A stretch of DNA of 64,000 nt from Deferribacterales bacterium (GCA_050253075.1 JBFWJS010000007.1:113801-177800), one strand, 5' to 3'. Shown: positions 18,502-28,855, numbered from the stretch's first letter. Numbers and translations: made by a program. Notes: generated from the sequence alone by a model not told the origin.

Positions 18502-19547
18502 CTTGCAGCCCTCGCATAAAAGAATAATGCAATAGCCGCAAACAATATATTCGGCAGCCATGCAGCGAGGAAAGGCTCGGCTCTGCCTGATGATGCGAAG
18601 TTCTCCGATGCGAAGAACAGTATGTTATACACAGCCACAACGGCTATGGTGATAGGTATAGCCAGAGAGCGTCCGCTCCTGTGGAAAAAGATGCCGAGGC
18701 TCATACCGAATATGCTCATTATGAGTGCGGCGAAAGGCATGGATATCCTTTTGGAAAATTCGAATTTATAAAGGGGAGACTTGTCAAAGTTTGCTATCAG
18801 ATCCTTTGTCTCCATTACACGCTCAGAGTTCACAGAAAAGCCGTCTGCGTTTATCAGCGGTGTGTTCAGCTTAAAGCTGTCGAAGTTTATCTTTGAGTGT
18901 TTGCCGTCTTCGCTGATTGTTACTATGCGGCCGTGTTTAAGGTTCATCAGCAGGCCAGCATCACCGGAGGGGAGTATCTCTGCCTCGTTTGCCGTGATGA
19001 TGGAGTTCTGATTTTTATCTATTATCACCATCTTCCTGTAGGATTCGTCTGATTTCTTTTCCAGAGTGTAAAAGACCATGCCTGGGAGCTCGTCATAGAG
19101 CTCTTTTTCCTTCAGGTCTTTGATGGAGACCAGCTTTGCTATTTTAGTAAGGTTGCCTATGGCACTCATACTGCCCGCAGGCATCAGCCAGAAGCTCATG
19201 AGTATGCCGAGGAAAAACGCCGTAAATCCGAATATGAGAGTAGGGTATGTGAAAAACTTTTTCCCCGCTCCCGCTGCTCTCATGGCTATTATCTCGCTGT
19301 CTGCGGAAAGCCTGCCGAAGCCGATCATAACGGCCAGCATGGCGGATGTAGGTATCGTGATAACCAGAAATGAAGGCAGATAGAATATGATGGTCTGTAT
19401 AATGAGCCCTGCAGGTACGTTTCGTGTAAAAAACAGATCGGCAAGGTTTATCAGCTTATCCAAAAGGAGGAGAAGCACAAAGAATATGTTGCCCAGTAAA
19501 AAGAGCGGAAATATCTCCCGCAGGATGTATCTATGAAACAGTTTCAT
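18498..19547 (-). CDS. lptF: LPS export ABC transporter permease, LptF-like
   Basis: RYILREI, GRLSADSEIIAMRAAG, AWLPN; likely start ATG 19547. Confidence 0.85.
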   Translation of the reverse strand: MKLFHRYILREIFPLFLLGNIFFVLLLLLDKLINLADLFFTRNVPAGLIIQTIIFYLPSFLVITIPTSAMLAVMIGFGRLSADSEIIAMRAAGAGKKFFTYPTLIFGFTAFFLGILMSFWLMPAGSMSAIGNLTKIAKLVSIKDLKEKELYDELPGMVFYTLEKKSDESYRKMVIIDKNQNSIITANEAEILPSGDAGLLMNLKHGRIVTISEDGKHSKINFDSFKLNTPLINADGFSVNSERVMETKDLIANFDKSPLYKFEFSKRISMPFAALIMSIFGMSLGIFFHRSGRSLAIPITIAVVAVYNILFFASENFASSGRAEPFLAAWLPNILFAAIALFFYARAAR

Positions 19548-19833
19548 CAGCGTTATCACTGTGCAGTCTGATAACAGGAGTTTCTTTCTCTAATGTTATC
19601 TCGTCTATCCTTACGATAGAGTTAAGGGGGATGTAAGACCTTTCCACATTTTTAAATTTTGCTTTAAGGTTGCCGTCGTCGGGGGATATGATGATGTCTG
19701 ACTTATCGAGAAAGACTATGTCGGATATCTCCACCAGACCGAGAAATGATGAAGGGTTCAGCATGGATGAATGTATCGTCTGGATCTTCTTATCTTCGTC
19801 TATGAATATTATCTTATACAGCTTTTTCCGCAT
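19531..19833 (-). CDS. DUF1820-like protein
   Basis: YKIIF...FLGLVEI...FKNVERSYIPLNSIVRIDE pattern recalled for this family; overlaps both neighbours. Confidence 0.65.
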   Translation of the reverse strand: MRKKLYKIIFIDEDKKIQTIHSSMLNPSSFLGLVEISDIVFLDKSDIIISPDDGNLKAKFKNVERSYIPLNSIVRIDEITLEKETPVIRLHSDNADETVS

Positions 19834-20225
19834 TAATCCTCATCTCCGCCTTTGTAGTAATATACTTTTACATTACTTCTGGAAGAGAATACATCAAAAA
19901 TAACGTTTATGAAACTGATAAATAAAGCACCGAAGAATGCCGACCAGAAGCCTTCGACACTGATACCGCTGAGGAAATTCGCAGTGAGCTTCAGCAGGAA
20001 TGAGTTCACTATCACGTATCCGATGCCCATGCTGAGTATCTGAAACGGAAGTGTAAGGAAGACCAGTATCGGCCTGAGAAATAGCTGGAAGAATGTGAGC
20101 ACTATCCCCGCCACGAAAAGCGGCAGGAAGCTCTCTACCCGAATGCCTGAAAGTATTAAAGATGCGAGACCTATACCTATGAGGTTTACGCATGCTCTGT
20201 AAAATATAAAGTGTACCGGCTGCAT
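19833..20225 (-). CDS. Four-TM membrane protein, YvlD / phage-holin-family (DUF360) like
   Basis: LRPILVFLTLP...LSMG...VIVN...V.GFWSAFFGA; start moved to ATG 20225. Confidence 0.8.
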   Translation of the reverse strand: MQPVHFIFYRACVNLIGIGLASLILSGIRVESFLPLFVAGIVLTFFQLFLRPILVFLTLPFQILSMGIGYVIVNSFLLKLTANFLSGISVEGFWSAFFGALFISFINVIFDVFSSRSNVKVYYYKGGDED

Positions 20226-20383
20226 GATAGAAATATATACGCTTATCTTTTTGAACACAAGAGTATAAATATTAATAATTTGTTCACATTGAGAAATTTT
20301 ATTTAACATTTTTATAGGCAAACTATCGCAACTTATGTGTATCATTTGATATATGCATCAATATTCATTAATTGAGGTTGCCT

Positions 20384-22720
20384 ATGCGAAATTTATCTAT
20401 CAAGTTTCAGCTTTTCGGGTCGTTACTTATTCCTATCATCGCATTACTCGTCTTTTCATCTAATCTTCTGATGATAAAGATAAATGTGAATAGCGAGATG
20501 AATAAGTACTCAAAGGTTACAGAACTGGCTGTAAAAATCAGTAACCTTGTACACGAAACACAGAAAGAGAGGGGAGCCTCTGCGGGCTTTCTTGGTAGCA
20601 AAGGGGCAAAATTCGGCGATACCCTTGCAAAGCAAAGGACGCTCACCGATGAGAAGTTAGGATTAGTTGAGGCATATGTATCTGATTTTAACTTTTCAGA
20701 ATATGATCCACGTTTTACAAAAGCCTTCAAAGACGGTATGCAGATGCTGACACAGCTCAGACAGGTCAGACAGAGGGTGGACGATCTGTCCATTACCGTT
20801 CAGGAGGAAGTGGCTTATTATACTAATATAAATGCCCTTATGCTCAGTGCTGTGGGCGAAATAGGCTATATGATGACAGACTCACAGGTATCAAAAGAGC
20901 TGAACGCATATGCAAACTTTCTGCTTTCCAAAGAGCGTGCAGGGATAGAGCGTGCAGTGCTTTCAAACACATTTGCTGCGGATAAATTTGCCAAGGGGAT
21001 GTATGAAAGACTTATAGTGCTTATCACTGAGCAGGACAGCTTTATCAAATCTTTTGAACTGATGGCTAATGAAGACTTTGTAGGATTTTATAAAGATACT
21101 GTCAGCGGAGAGCCCGTGAACGAAGTGAACCGCATGCGTAAGGTCGCAATGGATAACTATCTGGAAGGCGGCTTCGGTATAGACGCTGCTTACTGGTTTA
21201 GTACTATTACCAATAAGATAAACCTTTTGAAAAAGACCGAAGACCACTTTTCCACAGAGATACTAAAGCTGATGGATGAAAAGAAGTCTGCTGCATGGAT
21301 TGCGAAAACCGTCTATATAGGACTCTTTTCCGTCAGTATCCTTTCCCTTATAACGCTTATGTATGTGATCGTAAGAGTGGTCCTTAGGAATATCAACAAC
21401 CTTTCCCGAAGCATCATAGACCTCACCCAGGGGAACGGAGACCTTACAAAACGCCTGTATATGAAAGAGATGAATGAAGTCGGTATTCTCTATGAAAATA
21501 TCAACGGATTCGTGGCGAATATAGACAGAAACCTTTCGAACACCCTGACACACGTCTCAAAGGCGGGGGATGCCGTGGTGCCCCTTATCAGTATTGTTTC
21601 AGACACCACACTTTCTGCACAGAACAGCTTTGAGATGTCCGGACAGGTTTCCACTGCCAGTACGCAGATGAGCACTACCATACAGGAGATCGCTGGCAAC
21701 ATAAACGAAGCCACACAGCAGATGAACGAGGCCGTTAACCTCGCTATGGCGGGTAAGGAGAGCATCGCCGATGTTAATGCCTCATCCGACGAGGTCGGCA
21801 TTGTTATGGAAGGGCTGAAGATTCAGATAAATAACCTTCAGCAGGAAGCGGAAAAGATCGGTGATGTTATATCCGTTATCAACGACATCGCAGACCAGAC
21901 AAACCTTCTCGCCCTGAATGCCGCAATAGAAGCAGCGAGAGCCGGAGATGCGGGCAGAGGATTCGCCGTTGTGGCTGACGAAGTACGTAAGCTGGCTGAA
22001 AAGACCCAGCAGTCTACATCAGAGATCGCCAGTGTTATCAATAATGTGCGCAATGATGTCAAAGATACTGTTATGAATGCCGAAAAGGCATCCGGTGTTA
22101 TAGAGAACCAGACAGGTATAATAAATAATGTCAGCGAGAGCTTCGAAAAAATAGTCGACTCGGTGGAAAATGTGAACGGACACATGGTGAGCGTTGCCGC
22201 CGCTATGGAGGAACAGACCATAACCACATCAGAGATAGCCGACAGGATAGCATCTGTTGCCAATGATGCTTCATTAATGCTTGACAAGTCTGCTGATCTG
22301 GCTGAATCTACTTCCAGTATCGTTGATGCGCTGCACATGATGGACGAGGAATTTGCCAAGTTTAAACTGTCTAATAAGGCGATACCTCTCATCAGGGCAA
22401 AGATATCCCATGCGGTATTTTTAAGCGATGTTCAAAAGAATGTTCAGGATCCGTCCCATGTGTTTCCGCTTACAGACCACAATTCTTGCGGTTTCGGCGA
22501 GCTTTATCACACCAGCGGGCAGGAAGTTTACGGTCAGTTCCCTGAGTACAGAGAGCTTGAGCCTATTCACATGAAGGTTCATGAATTTGGAAACGAGATA
22601 GCCGAAGCAGCCAGAACACAGAGCGTTGCGACAAAGCAGGATACCTATGAAGGTTTTCGTCATGCTGTAGGCGAAATGGTGCGTAAACTTAATATACTGA
22701 TAGATAAAGTACATCAATAG
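20384..22720 (+). CDS. Methyl-accepting chemotaxis protein with periplasmic NIT domain and C-terminal CZB domain
   Basis: TM1; NIT signatures VHETQKERG and [11 protein letters not shown]2 and HAMP; signalling domain [20 protein letters not shown] ligands SH...HNSCGFG...HMKVH. Confidence 0.9.
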   Translation: MRNLSIKFQLFGSLLIPIIALLVFSSNLLMIKINVNSEMNKYSKVTELAVKISNLVHETQKERGASAGFLGSKGAKFGDTLAKQRTLTDEKLGLVEAYVSDFNFSEYDPRFTKAFKDGMQMLTQLRQVRQRVDDLSITVQEEVAYYTNINALMLSAVGEIGYMMTDSQVSKELNAYANFLLSKERAGIERAVLSNTFAADKFAKGMYERLIVLITEQDSFIKSFELMANEDFVGFYKDTVSGEPVNEVNRMRKVAMDNYLEGGFGIDAAYWFSTITNKINLLKKTEDHFSTEILKLMDEKKSAAWIAKTVYIGLFSVSILSLITLMYVIVRVVLRNINNLSRSIIDLTQGNGDLTKRLYMKEMNEVGILYENINGFVANIDRNLSNTLTHVSKAGDAVVPLISIVSDTTLSAQNSFEMSGQVSTASTQMSTTIQEIAGNINEATQQMNEAVNLAMAGKESIADVNASSDEVGIVMEGLKIQINNLQQEAEKIGDVISVINDIADQTNLLALNAAIEAARAGDAGRGFAVVADEVRKLAEKTQQSTSEIASVINNVRNDVKDTVMNAEKASGVIENQTGIINNVSESFEKIVDSVENVNGHMVSVAAAMEEQTITTSEIADRIASVANDASLMLDKSADLAESTSSIVDALHMMDEEFAKFKLSNKAIPLIRAKISHAVFLSDVQKNVQDPSHVFPLTDHNSCGFGELYHTSGQEVYGQFPEYRELEPIHMKVHEFGNEIAEAARTQSVATKQDTYEGFRHAVGEMVRKLNILIDKVHQ

Positions 22721-22731
22721 AGGACGTTACA

Positions 22732-23022
22732 ATGTTTGTTAAAACCGAAGGAAGCAAGATAACAATTGAAGGCAATATTGCAAAGTTTGAAGACTACGAT
22801 GCTATAAAGCTTGAGGTTGAAGAAGTTCGTAGCAGAACAAACAACAGCTTTACGCTTGTTTTCAGAGATGCGCAGTCGCTCATATCCGCCCTTGTGGGGT
22901 ATCTGATAAAGCTGAAGAGGGTGGATAATGTAAACATGACCATCATCGCTCAGAACCCTAAGCTGTACACTATGATGGATACTCTTGCGCTTGTAGATGT
23001 CCTTAATGTTAGAAAAGGCTGA
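22732..23022 (+). CDS. Small STAS-like (anti-anti-sigma fold) protein
   Basis: 96 aa; pattern ITIEGNI...LVFRDAQSLISALVGYLIKL resembles STAS; GAGG upstream. Confidence 0.55.
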   Translation: MFVKTEGSKITIEGNIAKFEDYDAIKLEVEEVRSRTNNSFTLVFRDAQSLISALVGYLIKLKRVDNVNMTIIAQNPKLYTMMDTLALVDVLNVRKG

Positions 23023-23025
23023 TAT

Positions 23026-23859
23026 TTGATAGATTTACATACTCACTCCTCCTTTTCGGACGGGACGATGCGCCCTGAAAAGCTCGTCTCCTATGCCGAG
23101 AAGAGAGGCGTGGAAGTCTTAGCACTTACAGACCATGACACCGTCGACGGGATAGAGGAATTTATTTCCTGCGGCGGTAATGTCGAGCGTGTTGCGGGGA
23201 TAGAGATAAGTGTCGCCTATGACCCGGGGACGTTTCACCTTGTAGGTCTGCTCATAGACCATAAGAATCCCGTTCTGACCCAAACCATTCAAAAGCTGAA
23301 AGATGCACGCAGAAGGCGAAATATAAAGCTCATGGAGTTGATAAGCGGTCTAGTCGGCAGAAAAGTCACCGAGGATGAAGTCGCCCCTGATAAAGACGGC
23401 GAGCTCGGCAGACCGCACGTGGCGGATTTCCTGATAAAGCAGGGCTTTGCCGAAAACATGAACGATGCTTTTGATAAATATCTTGGGAAGGAGGGGGATC
23501 TTTATCTTCCGAAAGATAGACTCGAATTTTCCGAAGCCGTGGATGTCATCCATGAGGCCGGCGGTGTTGCCATCCTCGCCCATCCTCTCACTATGCGTCT
23601 GGAGGAGAAATACTACGGTCCGGTCACAAAATACCTGAAAGGTCTCGGTCTGGACGGTATTGAGGTCTGGTGCTCCGATACTCCTGAGGACAAATACGCC
23701 ATGTTTATGGATATAGCGAGAGAGCACGACATGCTGATCTCAGGCGGAAGCGATTATCACGGAGATAATAAGCTCAGTGTAGGACTTGGTACGGGGAGGG
23801 GTGATCTGAACATCCCTTACGAAGTCTTCAAAGAGCTGAAGGGGAGGGCTCAGAGGTAG
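23026..23859 (+). CDS. PHP-domain metal-dependent phosphoesterase (YciV/TrpH-like)
   Basis: DLHTHSSFSDG, ALTDHDT, GIEIS, GRPH, LAHP, GGSDYHG. Confidence 0.92.
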   Translation: MIDLHTHSSFSDGTMRPEKLVSYAEKRGVEVLALTDHDTVDGIEEFISCGGNVERVAGIEISVAYDPGTFHLVGLLIDHKNPVLTQTIQKLKDARRRRNIKLMELISGLVGRKVTEDEVAPDKDGELGRPHVADFLIKQGFAENMNDAFDKYLGKEGDLYLPKDRLEFSEAVDVIHEAGGVAILAHPLTMRLEEKYYGPVTKYLKGLGLDGIEVWCSDTPEDKYAMFMDIAREHDMLISGGSDYHGDNKLSVGLGTGRGDLNIPYEVFKELKGRAQR

Positions 23860-24467
23860 TTAAATATCTCTGAATGGCATTTGATTATAGGGCTTTCCTC
23901 CAGCTTGTTTTCATATGCGATGAACTCCACATTTGCAGACTTCGCCGCGTGATAGTCAGTGAAGGAATCACCGATAAAAAGCAGTCCTTTATTATCCACT
24001 CTATATTTTTCCATTATTTTAAACAAACCCTCTGGATTTGGCTTAGGCTTTGCTACATCACTAGCTGTAACAGTGTATGCGAAAAAATTTCCCATATCGA
24101 AATGTTCGAGAAGATACTCGAGGGAAATGCCTCTGTTTGTGCATACTGTAAGGGTGTAGCCTTCGGTTTGCAGCTTTTCGAGGGTCTCGTATATTTTCGG
24201 GTTAGGCTCCATGAGGGGAAGAAAATTCCTGAAATTGGTCTGAGCCGCAAATGTGAGCACCTCTTCGGATAGCTGGTTGTCCTTTGGTGTGAAGGCTGTG
24301 ATTATCTCACGGCTGGTATTCATCATGGCAACACGCAGATTGTCCTCAACGGACCAGTCTATGCGGTCGAGACCGAATTTATCAAAGACATAGTCGTAAT
24401 ATCCGATTATTGCCTTTGTGCTGTTGAAGAGTACGCCGTCGCAGTCATAAACAAGTATTTTTTTCAT
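23850..24467 (-). CDS. HAD-superfamily hydrolase (phosphoglycolate phosphatase-like)
   Basis: YDCDGVL, CTN, KPNP, IGDSFTD; start moved to ATG 24467. Confidence 0.9.
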   Translation of the reverse strand: MKKILVYDCDGVLFNSTKAIIGYYDYVFDKFGLDRIDWSVEDNLRVAMMNTSREIITAFTPKDNQLSEEVLTFAAQTNFRNFLPLMEPNPKIYETLEKLQTEGYTLTVCTNRGISLEYLLEHFDMGNFFAYTVTASDVAKPKPNPEGLFKIMEKYRVDNKGLLFIGDSFTDYHAAKSANVEFIAYENKLEESPIIKCHSEIFNYL

Positions 24468-24512
24468 AGCTCTCGGTTGTAATACATTTTCGAGCGGTAG
24501 GCAAATTTTTTC

Positions 24513-24539
24513 TAAAGAAATTAAAAAGAAAGCCGATAA
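24513..24539 (+). promoter_or_regulatory. Sigma28 (FliA) promoter of fliD
   Basis: TAAA-N15-GCCGATAA, an exact match to the established consensus, 26 nt before the fliD ATG. Confidence 0.88.
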
Positions 24540-24565
24540 GGCTGATATCCATAGGAGGGTCAAGG

Positions 24566-27265
24566 ATGGCCGGAATACAGGTTGGCGGTATCGTATCAGG
24601 AATGGATACTAACGCACTCGTCGATCAGCTCATCGCGCAGGCTCAGATACCTGTCGATAAACTTTATGGTGACTACAGCTATAAGCAGCTGGAGGAAGAG
24701 GTCTACGACGACATTAATAATATGCTTGGCGACATCACCTCTGATCTGCTGACACTCCGACTTGAGTCTACGTTCAAATCTAAGAACGTTAGCTCGACCA
24801 ATGAGTCCGTGGCCACAGCTACAGCGACGACAGATGCAGCTGTCGGTACCCACACGGTAAAAGTAAATCAGCTGGCTGAGAACTCCTCTGCCAGAAGTTC
24901 CTATACAAGGGTTGCGAGTGTGTCTACAGGCGCAGGGCTTATTCAGGCTACCGGCAGGCCGGTGGACTACCTCGAAGGTGTGCACACTACGACTGTTGCA
25001 GCGTCCGGTACAGGATATCTAGCCACTACAGATTTCGTCTTAAACGATATGGGCAGGATACAAAAGCAGGAAGGCGATACTATCGACTCTGCATATGTAG
25101 ACGCTGACGGTACTCTATTACAGGATATGAGCGGGCTGCTTGCGGTGACATTTACCGATGAATTCGGCAACACTCAGGCTGTCGGTGCTGACGCCACATG
25201 GGGCGCGACTGGCGACGATATAAACGAAATGGCCGCCTTTATAGAGCTAAAACTCAATGACGAAATGAACGAAGCGATGGGAACCAATGCTGTCCAGTAT
25301 TTTGCCATGAGAGCGGAATACGATGAGGATACCACTTCATGGAGCCTCGCGATGTATGAAACAACTCCTACAGACTATCAGATATCCATGACAACCAATG
25401 ACGCAGCGATGCTCAGCGACGAACTTGGATTCGCCGAGGCTTTTACTCCGCTGACTACATCTGTAAATGCGATAACTAAATATATATACGCAAACGACCT
25501 CACAGAGATGGCTGATAAACTTTTCGAAAGCGATGCAGCGGGCAGTGTTATTCCTGGGGCAACATTTTCCCATACTGCTACTCTGACAGAGGGAACATTT
25601 GTCATCGCTCAGGATGCATCGCTTAAAGTAGCTTCAGAAACCCCTTCATACTATACCAGTACTCAGGTATCAGGCGGTGTCGGGCTCGACACTACCGTAG
25701 ACGGTCTGGAGAATGCAGGCTTCAGCAGTACTGTGGATGATGGTGCAAACGGCTATTTCACTATAAACGATGTGAAGATCACAATAGACGACTACAGCAG
25801 CTTAAGTGTAAACGACCTGCTTGGTAAAATAAACGGTTCGGGTGCGGGTGTTGTCGCCACATACGACAGTGCCACAGATACTTTTAAAATAGCATCGAAC
25901 GAGCCCGGATCCTCTACGATCTCCCTTGGAACATGGAGCGACACCAGCGACATCCTGTCTAAGATGGGGCTGGCTCAGGAGGGCGGACGTACATTCACCG
26001 CAGGTACCACAGAGGGGAGCATAGACCCTACAGTAGACCTTCAGAACTCAGGTCTCTCTTCATACCCATATTCGGGAACATTCACCATTAACGGAGTATC
26101 CATCTACGTTGATGCAGGCGAAGATACACTTTATGACGTGATAGAAAAGGTCAATAGTTCTGGTGCGGGAGTTACAATGTCTTACGATGAGTCGTCTGAC
26201 AAGGTGACCCTCCGTTCTGACGGTATAGACGCTATTACTGTAGGTTCTCCTAATGACACCAGTAACTTGCTGGTAGCATTAAACCTTACAAACAGCGACA
26301 CTACCACCAAAACTATCGGTACGGAAGGGCAGAGAGCTATTGTCGAGGTGGACGGACACACATACGTAAGGGATACAAACGAAGTGGACGACATTATAAG
26401 CGGTGTTACACTAACCCTTAACAGTGTGGATTCTGCACCTACGACCATCAATGTCCAGATTGACACGGATAAGGCCGTAGAGGCATTTGCTACATTCGTC
26501 AGTCATTATAACCAGCTGATGGAGATGCTCGCCGTGCCTGAGTATGACGAAGACGATAAAGAATATATGGAATACCTTACCGATGCTGATAAAGAGAGCA
26601 TGAGCGACTCCGAGATAGCGGATTATATGGAGAACTACGAGCTATATAACAAATACGACATCATCAGACGAAGCTCGGAGCTCCGTAACATGGATAACAC
26701 ACTTCGGGAAATATTCTTTGGAATAAGACCTAATGTTACGGGTTCAATCAACGATATATCAGATATAGGGATAGAGATCGCCGGAGCCGGAGACCTGGAT
26801 ACAGAAAACTACGGCTACATCATAGAGCTCACCACAGACAAGGATGAGCTGATAGAACTGCTGAATGAAAACGATGACTTCATGGATGCTCTGATGAACA
26901 GCTCAGACAGCGTCTTTGAATTCTTTGGCAGAAACAGCGATATCGAACTGGACGAAGACGACGACGGCGAGATCGACGCAGGTAAGAGTCAGCAGCAGTA
27001 TGACGACGACCTCGGATGGTCCAGATATTTCACTCAGATGATAAGAGACCGCTATACCAACTTTGACGGTATGATCGGCGGTAAACTTGGAAATACAGGT
27101 ACTATATATACCGAATTAACACGACTGGAAAAAAGGATTACAACTCAGGAAGACCGAGTTGATAAACAGCTTGAAAGGTATTGGGCACAGTTTACAGCTA
27201 TGGAGATGGCCATCGCAGATGCACAGGCCGCTTCTGCCGACTTTACCAATGCTTCATCAGGATAA
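24566..27265 (+). CDS. fliD: Flagellar filament cap protein, unusually long (899 aa) and acidic
   Basis: N-terminal GIVSGMDTNALVDQLI; TNEVDDIISGVTLTL; FVSHYN; C-terminal RYWAQFTAME; sigma28 promoter upstream and fliS downstream. Confidence 0.92.
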   Translation: MAGIQVGGIVSGMDTNALVDQLIAQAQIPVDKLYGDYSYKQLEEEVYDDINNMLGDITSDLLTLRLESTFKSKNVSSTNESVATATATTDAAVGTHTVKVNQLAENSSARSSYTRVASVSTGAGLIQATGRPVDYLEGVHTTTVAASGTGYLATTDFVLNDMGRIQKQEGDTIDSAYVDADGTLLQDMSGLLAVTFTDEFGNTQAVGADATWGATGDDINEMAAFIELKLNDEMNEAMGTNAVQYFAMRAEYDEDTTSWSLAMYETTPTDYQISMTTNDAAMLSDELGFAEAFTPLTTSVNAITKYIYANDLTEMADKLFESDAAGSVIPGATFSHTATLTEGTFVIAQDASLKVASETPSYYTSTQVSGGVGLDTTVDGLENAGFSSTVDDGANGYFTINDVKITIDDYSSLSVNDLLGKINGSGAGVVATYDSATDTFKIASNEPGSSTISLGTWSDTSDILSKMGLAQEGGRTFTAGTTEGSIDPTVDLQNSGLSSYPYSGTFTINGVSIYVDAGEDTLYDVIEKVNSSGAGVTMSYDESSDKVTLRSDGIDAITVGSPNDTSNLLVALNLTNSDTTTKTIGTEGQRAIVEVDGHTYVRDTNEVDDIISGVTLTLNSVDSAPTTINVQIDTDKAVEAFATFVSHYNQLMEMLAVPEYDEDDKEYMEYLTDADKESMSDSEIADYMENYELYNKYDIIRRSSELRNMDNTLREIFFGIRPNVTGSINDISDIGIEIAGAGDLDTENYGYIIELTTDKDELIELLNENDDFMDALMNSSDSVFEFFGRNSDIELDEDDDGEIDAGKSQQQYDDDLGWSRYFTQMIRDRYTNFDGMIGGKLGNTGTIYTELTRLEKRITTQEDRVDKQLERYWAQFTAMEMAIADAQAASADFTNASSG

Positions 27266-27288
27266 TATTAACGAAAGGAGTCGTTTAT

Positions 27289-27708
27289 ATGCAGAGTCCG
27301 TATAAGAACTACATCAAACAAGAAGTAGAAGGCGCAACGAAAGGGAAATTGGTGCTTCTTCTGTATGATGGTGCGATCAAGTTTATGCGTGTATCTACAA
27401 AGGCAATTGACGAAAACAATGTGCCTGATGCACACAACAACATCATGAAAGCGCAAAACATCATTTATGAACTGATGTCTACTCTCAACATGGACGCAGG
27501 CGAAATATCTAAGAACCTCATGAGACTTTATGACTTCATGATATGGCAGCTTGTCGAAGCGAACAAAGAGAAAGACAAAGAGAAAATTGACAGCGTGATC
27601 AAGCTGATGACCTCTCTCAGAGAAGCGTGGAAAGACGTTATTCAAAAAGAAGAGGGCGCAGTAAAACCAGAACAGGAAGAAAGTAAATCAATTAACTTTG
27701 CTGGATAA
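27289..27708 (+). CDS. fliS: Flagellin export chaperone
   Basis: LVLLLYDGAIKF, KAQNIIYELMSTLN, NLMRLYDF, LREAW; AAGGAG before ATG 27289. Confidence 0.95.
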   Translation: MQSPYKNYIKQEVEGATKGKLVLLLYDGAIKFMRVSTKAIDENNVPDAHNNIMKAQNIIYELMSTLNMDAGEISKNLMRLYDFMIWQLVEANKEKDKEKIDSVIKLMTSLREAWKDVIQKEEGAVKPEQEESKSINFAG

Positions 27709-28054
27709 CATAATGGTAGTTAACTTTGAAGGATCTGTCATCAATCTGCGGGATAAACTCGCGGCTGTTGACAAGAAAAGAACACAATCTGACAGTTCTC
27801 AAAGTGTACAGGACAACTCCAAGTCTGCCGGTAGTAAAGATTCTGAAAAGCAGCAGTATATAGCTGATGTTATAGGGATCCGAAACGAAAACAAACTTGC
27901 AGCATCGTCCGGTAGCTCCATAAAGACTGATGAAGAAGCGCTTGATATCCTCGAGCAGCTTAAGAAGCAGTTTATGGACAACTCTGAGGGAGCTCTCAAT
28001 GCTCATGAGAAGGCGAGCGCAGATGCAGTAATGCAGTTTTATCCATTTGAATAA
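27698..28054 (+). CDS. Hypothetical protein; C-terminal half resembles the flagellin C-terminal helix
   Basis: Fills the gap after fliS on the same strand (TTG 27698 or ATG 27713); similarity judged by eye only. Confidence 0.65.
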   Translation: MLDNIMVVNFEGSVINLRDKLAAVDKKRTQSDSSQSVQDNSKSAGSKDSEKQQYIADVIGIRNENKLAASSGSSIKTDEEALDILEQLKKQFMDNSEGALNAHEKASADAVMQFYPFE

Positions 28055-28118
28055 ATACTGACATCTAGCTTTGCTACTTTTTATTGAGAATTACAAAATA
28101 ATCTTATACCATACCATT

Positions 28119-28457
28119 ATGCGAAAAAACGACTTTTTACAAATATATGAAGAAATTATGAAGAAAGCAGAAGAACTTAACTCTGCTTCGGGCAGCGTCG
28201 AAATGCTTGCCAAATACAAAATCTATAAATCTTACCTCAAACAGATAACCCAAATACTGAAAGAAATAGACGATAAGTCTGATATTCAAACTCAGATAGA
28301 AGATATCAGAAATGTAAATGAAAAAGTCCTGAAGTCTCTAAGGAATGAGAAAGAGGGATTGTTTAAAAATATACGCACGAATATATGCCGCGAACATCTG
28401 CGGAAAAAGTACGATTCAGAAAACCAAAAGTCATCCCTGATCAATAAGAAAGCATGA
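28119..28457 (+). CDS. Hypothetical helical protein, possibly FliT-like
   Basis: About 112 aa, charged and helical, ends Y...SSLINKKA; located after fliD-fliS. Confidence 0.55.
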   Translation: MRKNDFLQIYEEIMKKAEELNSASGSVEMLAKYKIYKSYLKQITQILKEIDDKSDIQTQIEDIRNVNEKVLKSLRNEKEGLFKNIRTNICREHLRKKYDSENQKSSLINKKA

Positions 28458-28477
28458 CCAGGGATGATTTTCTTTAA

Positions 28478-28762
28478 TTAGTCGGCGTTGATGAGAAGCT
28501 CTTTGATCTCTTTGCCAGGCTTAAAGTAAGGCACGTTCTTGGAAGGCACTTCAACTTTATCACCGGTCTTAGGGTTACGGCCAACTTTAGAGTTCTTCTC
28601 GCGAATCTTAAAGCTGCCGAAGCCTCTGATCTCGACCTTGTCGCCTGTTTTAAGAGCATCTTTGATAGAGGAGAAAACGCCGTTAACGATGAATTCTACC
28701 TGCTTTTTTGTAAGCTCTTCATTCTGTACTGAGATCTTTTCGATAAGTTCTGATTTAGTCAT
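28478..28762 (-). CDS. ihfB: Integration host factor subunit beta (HU/IHF family)
   Basis: MTKSELIE, VEIRGFGSF, GRNPKTG, PYFKPGKE. Confidence 0.88.
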   Translation of the reverse strand: MTKSELIEKISVQNEELTKKQVEFIVNGVFSSIKDALKTGDKVEIRGFGSFKIREKNSKVGRNPKTGDKVEVPSKNVPYFKPGKEIKELLINAD

Positions 28763-28855
28763 AACCTTTATCTCCGTGCAAATGTCAATTAGTTAAAACA
28801 TTTTTTTTATTTACACATTATATCTGATGTCATATAAGGTGTAAAGTGAATTTGC

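Noticed and set aside
19833..20225. Prophage suggested by a holin-family gene
   Set aside because: This family is common in chromosomes, and there is no endolysin, integrase or structural gene nearby.
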